64,000 nucleotides of DNA, from positions 4,804,261 through 4,868,260 of the forward strand of contig JBNZDD010013718.1 in NCBI GenBank assembly GCA_050575255.1, read 5' to 3'. Position numbers and translations under genes: made by a program. Numbering within the stretch: the first letter of the stretch is position 1; each line of letters starts with the position of its first letter. The notes beneath the pieces are model-generated. The model did no database searches. It worked only from the letters and a program-made list of their open reading frames with translations, and was not told the DNA's origin. Below, in pieces: positions 1 to 11,112 of this stretch. The stretch is from Harriotta raleighana (lineage: Eukaryota).

Positions 1-100
1 TCCCAAAATGTTTCCTAAATTATTTTAACATTCCTTGTTCTGGAATTAGGGATTTGGATTTTGAAGCTTTTCCTCCTTTATGGATTCCAAATCCATTTCA

Positions 101-400
101 ATAATAATAATCCTTGTATTTGATATAGCACCTTTCATGTCTTCCAAACGTCTCAAGCGCTTCACAGAATATACTGTAAAGTGAATTGACTGTATATTTT
201 GTGGCCGAATCACAGCAGCCAATTGCGCACAGCAATGTCCCACACATAGTCGTGGATTGAAATTACCAAAAAAAAAATTGAGGGAATGTTATCAGACTTG
301 TGGAGTAAGGAAACTTGCCCACAGTTTCCCCCTGTCTGGAATCTAATCCAGGTTTCTCACATGTCAGGAAAGTGCTCTAACCACTGAGCTACAAGACTCC
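101..400 (-). mobile_element. Full-length young tRNA-derived SINE (tRNA head + 3' part of Deu domain + L2-type tail ending (ATT)n)
   Basis: Minus strand reads GGAGTCTTGTAGCTCAGTGGTTAGAGCAC (Pol III A box) ... GCTGTGCGCAATTGGCTGC ... GAAGCGCTTGAGACG ... AAGGATTATTATT; near-identical copies recur across the window. Confidence 0.9.
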
Positions 401-919
401 GTAGAATATCTATTTCAGAAGCATAAAGGTTATAAAACGTAAATCAATGTTTTAACTTTTTCCACTACCATTCAAAAATTCAATTTTCAATTTTAATTTA
501 ATCATAATTTTTAAGTGAGGCTCCAAACCTTTTTTGTTTGTTACTAAAAAAAAGTCAATAGAAATGTACAGCATATCATGAAGTTTTGCCATTTATCTTA
601 CAAGCTTGAACTTGTTAATAGTAAAAGTGTTTCATTGTTCCTTACCATGCTAAAATTTTGCATTTAATAAATGTCTTAGATAGTGAGTTTTGTTAGTTGA
701 ATGTTGTTTGGTTATCTTGGTTCCTGGTATAAATATGATGAAAAATCATAGTTACTTAGAGAATGAATATGCACAGTATTGAAGAATGATTTAACTTCAC
801 TGTGAGATTTCAAGCATTCAGTGGCCCAATTTTAAATCATAATTCATAAAATCTTATCATGACACTGAAATTATGTGATATAAATATTTACATATAAACT
901 GCTTTGCACTTCACTGAAG

Positions 920-1086
920 AGGCTCAACTGACCAACCAGCACGTGAATTTGAACTCTGAAAGACGAGAGACAGAAGACAAAGAACACTTCATCGCCTTTG
1001 CCAGAGTGTACAGCGGAACAGTTCGCAGAGGACAAAAAATTTTTGTTCTAGGACCAAAGTATGATCCTTCAGAAGCTTTAGCCAAG
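920..1086 (+). CDS. EFL1: EFL1 internal coding exon (domain [12 protein letters not shown])
   Basis: Translates ..[58 protein letters not shown]-2/EFL1 domain II motif; donor AAG|GTAAAT at 1087. Acceptor (ctgaag| at 919, phase 1) is weak so the 5' boundary is less certain. Upstream exons lie outside the window. Confidence 0.93.
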
Positions 1087-2084
1087 GTAAATATTTATTC
1101 TAGGTCTGCACTGCACCAAGGTCAGTGCTTTGGGATGTCTTTCTGATGTGAAAGATACTATCTAAATGTAATTTTGGTGTTGTTGTAAATACATGCTACA
1201 CCTCAGTTGGTGATCATTCATCAAGAAGCCACTCTTTCCAGATTAGAAACCATTTAGTTTATTATTGTATTACTAATTATCATCAGAATCGATTCAGTTT
1301 AAATTTAGCTATTATTGGTGAGATGATGGGCCTTTTCTTAATCAGAAGCTGCACTGTTATGGAGGAATGACTGCAACACAGCATTATTTACAAATTATTT
1401 TGTGAATCTGATAAATCAGACCCTTGTACCCTTTAGTTCTCAAGTGATGTTTGCATGATTCTTTGCATTTCATATTCCTGATATTCTATAACTTTTGCAA
1501 ATCTTCTCGATAATCACTTTTGGTACTGCCTTTCTCAAATTACATTTTATTCTGAAATCTCAGTGTAATTTAAGTACATGACCATTATAAAGTCAGCTTC
1601 ATGCTGCATGCTTTCCTTACATGCCCTATCAAAGCTTGCTCCACACCCATTTCTCCATTTCATCCAGTCTCCTGGATGAAATTAATCAGTTTTTAATTAA
1701 TCAGACTTTTTGTATCCATTTATTCATATACAGTAGTAACTGGTGAGTGTATTGTAGATCGTAAGTACAAACAGAGAATTGTTCTGAATGACTAAACAAA
1801 TTTAAACCCCCTTAATAACATGGGTTCAATTACATTTTGGAATCTTTTATTGTTCTGTGCCATGGAAAAAAAACACAACACTGGGAAAAGATCCCTGAAG
1901 CAATGGAATCTGTGATTTAAAAAAGTTAGTTGGAAGCAGCTAAAAATACTTCAAATGCAATCAATTTTGTGTGAAAATATAAAGTAAGATCAAAACATAC
2001 AGTCTGAACATGGCACCATTAGGACTGCAACTATAGAGTTCCCTGGAGTATGTTAAGCGCTCTAAAACCTGTGTGGAGGCTGCT

Positions 2085-2472
2085 ATAATAATAATAATCC
2101 TTGCATTTGATATAGTGCCTTATGTCCTAAATGTCTCAAAGAGCTTCACAGAATATACTGTAAATAATAATAATAATCCTTTCATTTGATATAGAGCTTT
2201 TCACATTTTCTGGATTTCTCAAAGCACTTCATAGAATATACTGTAAACAGAATTGACTGTATATTTGTGGGTGAAACGCGGCAGCCAATTGCACACAACA
2301 GTGTCCCTCAAACAGTCGTAGATTGAAATGACCAATTTTGTTATTGTTTTTTTTGAGGGATTACTATCAAGCATGTGGAGTAAGGAAACTTGCCAGAGGT
2401 GTCACCTTTGGAATTAAACCCAGGTCTCTTGCTTGCAAGACGAGTGCTCTAACCACTGAGCTACAGGACTCC
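2085..2472 (-). mobile_element. Full-length young SINE (2164-2472) abutting a second tail-only copy (2085-2163)
   Basis: Two successive ataataataatccttgcatttgatatag...gaatatactgtaaa units; tRNA head ends at ctgagctacaggactcc 2472. Confidence 0.9.
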
Positions 2473-2981
2473 ACAAAAAATTACAGTGTAGAAGGAGGAT
2501 ATTTGGGTCATTGAGCACCAGTTCTCGGAGCATGGCATTCTTTCATGGAAATTAATTAGCATTTTGTTTCACAGCTATGAGCTTCGGCCTGTGGTGGGTA
2601 GGGGAGGGTGAGGCACTTCTTGCTGGAAGCTTGTACATTAGCTTTCCTTTTAAAGCTGTTTTCAATGTGATCTCTTATAATATGAACAAAAAATAAACAT
2701 GAATGGGGGGAAAACAACCAGTAAGAGCATGTAATTGTATAAAAGATGTTTATGAAACTGTTTACCTTGCAATCCCTCGAAAAAACCTTGTCCTCAAGTT
2801 TGGTGCCACAATAGGAAGCAATATTGCACCAGACCAAAAACAGTCTTAATAGTACACCTTAGTGATAGCAAATAAGTCATCAGATCATGACGTTGGTTAT
2901 ATCAGTGCCGCTCTGTACACACCAAAGTGTGTGCCATTTGCATTTTCTTATTTATATGGTAAAGAAATTCTGAAAATATTT

Positions 2982-3048
2982 AGCGCCTTGGGACGTCCTC
3001 CCGACGTGAAAGGCGCTATATAAATATAATTTTGATTGATTGATTGAT
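2982..3048 (+). mobile_element. L2 LINE 3' tail-only insertion followed by (GATT)n/(AT)n microsatellite
   Basis: AGCGCCTTGGGACGTCCTCCCGACGTGAAAGGCGCTATATAAAT matches the 3' end of the L2 fragments at 46261-46735 and 5341-5690. Confidence 0.8.
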
Positions 3049-3337
3049 ATATATATATATATATATATACACACTATACCCAATGTTTTCTCAATACCTT
3101 CAGGGTGTGTGAAACATTTTTACAGACTATTACTCATGTGTTATATGGTTGTGACATTAACTGTATAGGATAATGCATTCTGGAGTGAGTTTGAGCATGT
3201 TCCAAGACATCACAGCAAACGACTGAGATGATATAAATTACCAAGAACAAAGCTTACATGATTCATTGAGGTCATTTGAACTTCTTGATGTGCAATTGCC
3301 TTGGAATACACCTCAGAGTTTCTAGATCAGCATAATA

Positions 3338-3712
3338 CAGTAAAACCTTGTTTATCCGTGACCCAATCAACCGGTTTGCTCAACACTCCTCCTGGGGCAA
3401 TTCCCCATTCCAGCAATCACAAGTTTGTTCACTTTGCGCATGAGTGCAATGCATGCGCATGTGCACTCATTAAACTCCCGAACTTGTTTTTTTATCAATC
3501 GGTAAAAAATGTTTTTTACCGAGTGTGCTGGAATGCTTTATTGGTGAGTATCCATACAATATTCTGTTACTATTTAGTCTATTATTAACATGGTATGTTT
3601 TAAAATAAGTTAATATTTTATGTCAGGTTTTCGACAATTTATCCCCCGTTTATCCAGCACATTTTACAATTAGTCGATCCCCCCAGAATGCCGGCTAAAC
3701 AGGGTTTTACTG
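3338..3712. mobile_element. Non-autonomous Tc1/mariner (pogo/Tigger-like) MITE
   Basis: TA|CAGTAAAACCTTGTTTATCCG ... CCGGCTAAACAGGGTTTTACTG|TA: terminal inverted repeats and TA target duplication; no ORF. Confidence 0.85.
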
Positions 3713-4348
3713 TATATAGAAAGTTTGTGAGTATTTAACGTAAGAAAAAAGCAGGAGTAAAACCCACTGAAGTTCAGATGTTGATCTTTTTAAATGTCTG
3801 GAATGTTTCTGGCATTGTTACCCTGCTAGATGAATTGTTTCAAATATGCATGATTCTTCGAGCAAAAATAATTATTTTTAATTTGTTACTTGCTGTACTT
3901 TCTTGATTTAATTTGATTTGATATTTGGGTTTTACTTGATATGTACTGTTTAATATTTTGGTATTTCTGGATACCCACAGTTTATGTTTTTCTTTCTTTG
4001 GCTGTTTAGGTGGCTGAACTTTAATTAACTACGTGGCTTTAATTACCCTTCAGGTAGAATGGATTTTATGCATCCTTTTAGCCCTACAGGGGCCTGTTAT
4101 GTCTGAGATTCAGGTGCAGCTTTCTCAAATAAGGAGGGATAAAAACTCATCCTTGTAGGATTTGTAAATTGGCTTTTAAACTGAAGCGTGAACTCTCTTT
4201 TGTACTTACAGAAATTAAGCAAAATAGGAATACAGGCAGGAGATGCAATGCTGGCACTCCCTTCATCTTAAACAAAACAGAGCTGAGATACATCTTTCCA
4301 TGGTAGACATTTTACAAGTAATGTTTATGTTCATATTTCTTTACCCAG

Positions 4349-4484
4349 ATACCTGAAAATGCTTCACCAATTGATGATCTTCTGTCCATCCCACACATGG
4401 TTTCCTGTACCTTGGAGGATCTATACCTGCTGATGGGCAGAGAATTGGAGAAGTTAGAGGAAGTACCTGTGGGCAATGTGCTAG
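4349..4484 (+). CDS. EFL1: EFL1 internal coding exon ([10 protein letters not shown])
   Basis: Acceptor tttctttacccag|, translates [46 protein letters not shown], donor G|GTATGA; phase 0 in, phase 1 out, matching neighbours. Not in the ORF track. Confidence 0.96.
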
Positions 4485-5113
4485 GTATGACTGGACTTTA
4501 ATGTCCGAATCCTGTTAAATGTTGTTTAAGATGAAGCGTGTGGGGAGTTGGGCGATTATTTTCTGGGCAAAGTTCGATCATTCTATTGCTAAAAAATGGA
4601 TGTTTCAACACAAAATATGTAATATTTGTGAATGGCTATCTTGCATTTTAAAGTCTGTGTTAAAATTTGTTGAGCATTTGTCTACTTCTAAGCTGTCCTA
4701 CTGGTTAGTGTAGATTATAAGGATGTCCTCCGTGCATCTTTAATTGATCCATTGGGTTCATTGAGAGCTGGAACTTTGGGTTGGCCTAAGAATCAAGCAT
4801 TCTGCCAGCTGAGTATGTAACTGCACCCAGTCAGTGGTGATTTGTCATAGGCTCAAATAGCTCCAGACTGGCACTCGAATCTCTTCAAAGGGCCTGCTCA
4901 GTAGGCAGCTGTTCCAGTAAACATGTCAGTCTTCCCATAACCTGTTTCACCAGAGAATCAGAGGACTGAATTGGAGACATGAAATCAGTCTCCGTGAACC
5001 TAAAAATAACATGTAAAATCGTTATTTCCATTAATACTTTTTTTTACAGAGGTGTTCCATGGGAGCTTTTCCTTTTCATTTATTCATATTCTTAGCTTTG
5101 CAACTTTAGGCAT

Positions 5114-5690
5114 ACAACAACAAAATTAGATTTATAATAATAATAATCCTTGCATTTGATATTGCGGCTTTTCACATCTTATCACCGTCTCCAAGCGCTT
5201 CACGGAATATACTGTAAAGTGATTTGACTGTATATTTGTGGGCGAAATACGGCAGCCCATTGTGCACAGCAGTGTGCCACAAACAGTCGTGGTTTGAAAT
5301 GACCAATTTTATTATTGTGGTTTTTTTTTGACGGATTATTATAGAACGCCTTTCACGTCGGGAGGATATCCCAAGGTGCTCCACAGTCGGGACGGGGAGT
5401 GGGTAGGGGTGAGGGGAGGCAGAAGGGGGAGGGCAGCTGAAGGCATGATTGAAATGGAGGGTCTTGAAACCAGCCTTGAAGGAGGCAAGGGAGGAAGCGA
5501 GGCGAAGGGACTGTGGGAACGAGTTCCAGAGTGGGGGTCGATGAAGCTGAAAGCCTAGCCACCGATGATAAGACGGGTCGGGCGGGAGACATGGAGCTGA
5601 CTGGAGCCCGAGGAATGGGGGAAGAGTTCAGGTTGGTAGGGAGTCAGCAGGTTGGAGAGATAGAAGGGGACAAAGCATTGGATGGCCTCA
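5114..5690 (-). mobile_element. L2 LINE 3' fragment with a 5'-truncated young SINE (5134-5340) nested in its tail
   Basis: Minus strand 5690-5341 encodes degenerate L2 ORF2 C-terminus and stem-loop tail; its (TTG)n end continues at 5114-5133 on the other side of the SINE. Confidence 0.85.
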
Positions 5691-7285
5691 ACTATATATT
5701 GCAAAAAAATCATTAATTGCAATTGTTGCAATATTCGAAAAGTGTTTTACTACATTCACCAGGTTGGCAAAGTTCTAGCCATGTGCTCCTAATCTATTAG
5801 GCATAATTCATGTCACCAAGGTTTTTTTTGCACATTATTCAATTTGAGCTCTGAGAGGAGGATACCAAGATTTGGAAGTGTTAGGTTATGTGGAATGTGT
5901 GGGAAGTCTAGCACTTTTAAAGATTAATGCCTGATTTAACATGGCCATGGATAGAAAACAGCAAAATGTTCTGTACTCCAGAATTTTTTGCATTAACCTT
6001 TCAATTTCTATGGAGTGAATTTTTAAAAAATGAAATCATGTTTTTACATTTCAATGGGTCAGGAGTTTACTGTATGAGGACCTGGCTGATAATATTATCA
6101 AAGCAAACACTCAATTGGCATTGTAGTCCCTTTTTCATATTCAAAGAATATGTTTCCATTTGTTGCTGCTTCAGGTCAAGTTCATGACCAATAACCACTT
6201 TGTTATTTTTTGCTCATTTGGGATCCTGAGACTGATTGTTAACTATAACTGAAGTGGACTGAGCATTTAATTAAGTGTTTTGGGTGGTGATCAGACAACA
6301 AGTGTGTTCAGTTATATTCTAGCTATTTATTCAAACCAGAAGAATTAGAATACATAAGGGAGTGGTTGGAGTGGATCATACGCTGAAACCTTTCATCTTT
6401 GGTACCTACCTGAAATTTAATCTGGACAAGAAATTTGTTCTAACTGTAGATGGTTCAAGTTTGATTAGTCACAATTTCAAAATGATATTAAATGGCCTTA
6501 ATTTGCATTGCATTAATAACATCTATGTGATTTTTCTCCATCGACTCCCTTTCAGTCAGGCAACTCTTTCTCGGTCTTACTTGCACAGGAGACTGAAACT
6601 GGACTGAAACAAGATATAGATATATCTTGGGCAGCAGATACCAGATACCAGATCGCAAATCTCTTATCATAGTTGGAATTTTGAGTTGACCTTTTCTAGA
6701 TCATGTACACAGTTCTAATCCTTGCACCACAGATAGAGTAAAAACATTTTGTTAATGCTTTATGGATATGTAACAATTGGAGAAATTGAAAACTGGGCTC
6801 TTTAAATTCCTTTTACCTGATTTTAATGATATATCCCTAGTCTTTGTGTTCGATGAATTTGATGTTTAGAAATGGATAATGATAATCAAATTTTTGTATT
6901 ATGCATGCATGTAGACGTATTTTGTTATATGCATATATGTATGTCGCAAGTTTAGTTTCAAAGTTTCTGATGAAACTTTCAATTCTTTCCAGATGTTTAA
7001 TTTTTAACCATTAGTATATTATATTCCTAATAGTGATGTTATATTAATTCGATCCAGAGAACAACAAAATGAAGTAAAAATTTATTGGGTGTTTTATTAA
7101 TAGCAAGCAGTTTCTGGTTTAAAGATTTTATTTGTATTGATGTGTAATATGTATTTTATAGTTGCATGTGTAATAGGGAAACACCATTCATTTTACTATG
7201 TGAATAACACATTATTTTTCAGTATATCCGTAGGTACCATAGTTTATCAAAATCTTTATTTAAAATATATTTTCAAATCCAAATA

Positions 7286-7355
7286 CAGTAAAACCCTGTT
7301 TATCTGGCACTCAGGGGACCTGGCCAGTGGCGGTTAAACTGTTTTCCGGTTGAAC

Positions 7356-7386
<31 letters not shown>

Positions 7387-8219
7387 TTCATACATATATT
7401 AATAATAGACTAAATAGTAACATAATAACAATATTGTATGAGTATTTTATTGTAAATGTTGTACACTGTACTGCAGTTTCCTTTGGGCGGGAGTTAAAAG
7501 TTATTACAGTAAAACCCCGTTTATCCGGCACTCACAGGACCTGGCCAATGGCAGTTAAATGGTTTTCTGGTTAAACGGTTAAAACAAAATAGAAAAAAAA
7601 TATAGATATTTTTTTAATTAAAAATTATTTTAACACAGTAATAACAGATTACCAGCTCCCACCCTGTGCAAACACAAGAAGCTGCCATCTGCACGCCGCT
7701 CACCCTCAGCGAGGGAAGGCACGGTAGATTACTGTGAAGCCTTTTTGCGAGGTATTTTGAATTGATTGAGTAGGCTGGACTTGCAGAGAGAGAGTGAGAG
7801 TACACACACACATACATAGACATGTAAATGTTGAACAATCTATATAAATAATAAACTAAATACACTAATAACAGATACTATACTAACAGAATATTGTATT
7901 AGTATTTTATTATTTATACTTAACTTCTACAATGGCTGCCAAAAGAGGGGAAAAAAATCGGGAAAACGTCATTTTTTAAAAAAACAGTAGTATCGCGAGT
8001 TTTTTAAAAAAAAGTCGGTGGCTCAGTAGCCCAACTTTAGGCTCAACTAGTGGCCGCCGATATAACTGTACCAGTACACGCATGCGGGAATCCATTCATT
8101 AAATGCGTCTTTACTATTCTGCTGGATAACTTCTGGGTAATCAAATCAGGACTTTTTTTGAGATAGCGGTTGAATGGGTTTTCCGGTTCATCGAGTCATG
8201 GATAAACAAGGTTTTTCTG
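7286..8219. mobile_element. pogo/Tigger-like MITE (7507-8219) preceded by an extra left end (7286-7504)
   Basis: TA|CAGTAAAACCC(T/C)GTTTATC at 7286 and 7507; single right TIR GGATAAACAAGGTTTTTCTG|TA ending 8219; internal sequence shared with 13986-14607. Confidence 0.85.
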
Positions 8220-8820
8220 TACTTTATGGAATAAATACTGAACAAATTATTTCTTATTATTATGGTGATGCATTCTAAAATGTGGATAGCTGAAATGGCA
8301 TGTTTACTCTGCTGAAGTGCAGCTTTTTAAAACAAAATTACCGCTTAGCCAGATACTTGGCCAACTAAGAATGTCTAATAGTTTTACACCTTTTTTAAAA
8401 TCAATTACTAGTTTTGTCTTAAAACAAAATTCATTTATTATGCTTTTGGTTAATTTTATCAAACTTGAAAGGCTCTGAAGATTCCTTGGGACTCAGAATT
8501 ATTTAATGCTGAAAGTTGACTGAGTTGTATGAGCTGTCTACTGAAATAATTGTTTTCAGAATTTTTTACGGCAGCTTCTCTTCAGTGAATAGGTTAGAAT
8601 TGATAAATGTGGTTTTCGCTTCATGGTCCCAATTCTATTTAGAAGCTTTATACAATTTTAAATTTTTATATCTGAACAAGTAAAATAATGAAATGATAAT
8701 CAGGGATTAATGAGAAGCAATAGTGCCGTAATTATCCATCAAGTTTGTAGCCTGCTGAATGAAGGGCTGAATATTTCTTTATCTTCTAGATGAGATACAT
8801 TCCCAGGAAAGTATAGAATG

Positions 8821-9047
8821 TTTCTTTACTCCACACACCTACTAATAATCCCTCCAAAAGAAATAATAATTTGGTCACTCCAAATTACAACTGTTCACAA
8901 CTGTTTGTGGGACACTCCTATGCGCAAATGGCTGCCGCGTTTCACCCACAAATATGCCGTCAATTCACTTTACGGTATATTCTGTGAAGCTCTTTGAGAC
9001 GTCTAGCAGATGTGAAAAGCACTATAACAAATGCAAGGATTATTATT
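8821..9047 (+). mobile_element. 5'-truncated young SINE
   Basis: Body and tail (tgtgaagctctttgagacgtctagcagatgtgaaaagcactataacaaatgcaaggattattatt) match the family. Confidence 0.88.
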
Positions 9048-9299
9048 AATATAATGGCCACATGCAAAGCAAAATTCTCTTTTTAATTATGCTCTCTATT
9101 AATTTGTGATTTTGCATGCACTATTTTGCACTGCATATATTCTTATGCTGTTCTTCATTAAAATAGATTTTCCAAAAGTACTGTGTGATGCACTGAGGAA
9201 AAACTTAACTCACTTAAGTCCTGGTAGCGAGGTGTGGGTTTGAAACAAGACCATAAATATTAAAGAAAGAACCCAATACATTACCCCATCCATCCCTTG

Positions 9300-9732
9300 G
9301 AAATGGTATGTCAGCAGTCTCGCCTTTAAGGCAGAAAGTTCTGGCCCAAATGGGTTCAAATCCCAAATGGGTTCAAATCCCATGTCAGGATTTGAACTCA
9401 CATAGTCTAAAGTAGACTATGCTTTAGTCCAAAGATGCTATCCTGTGGATGAGACGTTAAATCGAGGTCCTTTCTGCCTGTTCAATTGGACGTTAAAGAT
9501 CCCATGGCACTACTTGAAAAAAGAAGGAAGTTTCCCAGTGTCCTGGCCAACAATGTCTCAAGTAAAATTGGTCATTCATTTTATGTTTGTTTGCAGGACA
9601 TTGCTGTGCGCATTTATGCTACCGTATTTGCCTACAAATACATAGTCACTTTATTACAGTAAATCCTGTGATATGCTTTTCAGATGTCCTCCGACATGAT
9701 AATGCACTATACCAAATGCAAGGATTATTATT
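9300..9732 (+). mobile_element. Older SINE with complete Deu domain (AmnSINE1/SacSINE1-like)
   Basis: B-box GGTTCAAATCC (locally duplicated), then GGATGAGACGTTAAATCGAGGTCC...GGACGTTAAAGATCCCATGGCACTA...GTGTCCTGGCCAA...TTGCTGTGCGCA, recalled Deu-domain core; same CAAATGCAAGGATTATT tail. Confidence 0.85.
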
Positions 9733-11051
9733 AGTATTTGTAATAGAAATAAATATTTAGCGGAACCAACAATGGCTCATTCATTGAAATTTGGTGTATC
9801 TGGCAGAGAAAGGTCTTAGTAACATTTTACAAAAGCATGAGGCACCACTTAGGCTAGTTTTAAACACATGACATCAATGATTGTTGATGTTTGGCAGCCA
9901 TCTGGAACAACCCTCAAACTTTCAGCAAACGGTTTGGATTTGGTTGTTAAGGGAGATGTACAGCTTGACAAGACTCTGCTAGCTTCTGCCAAAGGAATTA
10001 AACCAACTATTCCTCCTCCATCTTCCTAATTTTGAAGAATTTCCTTGTTTAGAGTAACACATTAAAGAGAAACAGATTTCTTCTCCCTTTCCGATGTATT
10101 CTTTGAATTGGTATGTTTCAAAGTTTGCATCCTATTTCTTTCATAGCCTTCAACTAGTGAGAATAGCTTACTATACATGGTTCTGCGTTTCGAATGTGTG
10201 CTCCATTGGAACGCTTGATTTGGATTCTCTTAAGCGTGGTGATAGATTCCCCATAAGGGCTGTCCAAAAAAAATATGTTTAACTGAAGGGTCAAGCCTTA
10301 ACAAGATTATTTATTTACAAAATGTATTCTTTAATCAAAAAGTGTGAAGAGTCTCACTGTTCAGACTTCTTACGTTACCAGTGGTTCTTGATCAAACAAA
10401 ACAATTAAGGCTGATCAAGCTGATATGTGATGATACAGGAAAAAAGCAGAAGCACATTGACTTGTGTGTGACTAAACCTGAATGAGATGTGCAGTATCCA
10501 ATATTGCTTCATCTTTGTCACAGTAATACTGTACATGGTTTCAGTTAAAATTGTGAAATAATATTTTAAATAAAACCTTTGAATAAAAAGTGTTTACATA
10601 GTAATCATTTTAAAATTATGAGGTTCAGGAAAGATTTTTTAAAGTTTTGAATGCACATAATTTACCCCATTTTATCCCATAAACTGTTGTACAGAAATGT
10701 TACATGTTAAATGTAACTATAAATGTAAAGATAAACGTAATCTACCTTTCTAATAGATGTCCCTGGTTCATTTCCGGGGACATCTAATAGAAACATACAA
10801 AATTGCATTATTAATTGACATTGTGCACTTTCCCTCAATACATTTATTTTGAATTAACACAATATATGAAAGCCTGTGTCTACTTCACCTATCTTAATTT
10901 TTCATCATATCAATATTCAGAGTTTTTCCTACTAAACAGTCATTAGTCAAAGGTTTCAAAGCTGTCTAAAAATAAATAATTTTTGAAGTTTTTTTAATAA
11001 ATAGATATTTAAAAGTACAGTAACTGTTTATAATAGTTTAAACGTTTTTTA

Positions 11052-11112
11052 AGCCTGCACAGATATGATGGGCCAAATGGTCTCCTCTGTGCTGTATTCT
11101 GTGATTCTATGA
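11052..11112 (+). mobile_element. CR1 LINE 3' tail
   Basis: GATGGGCCAAATGGTCTCCTCTGTGCTGTATTCTGTGATTCTATGA: CR1 terminal hairpin plus (ATTCTRTG)n octamer. Confidence 0.8.
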
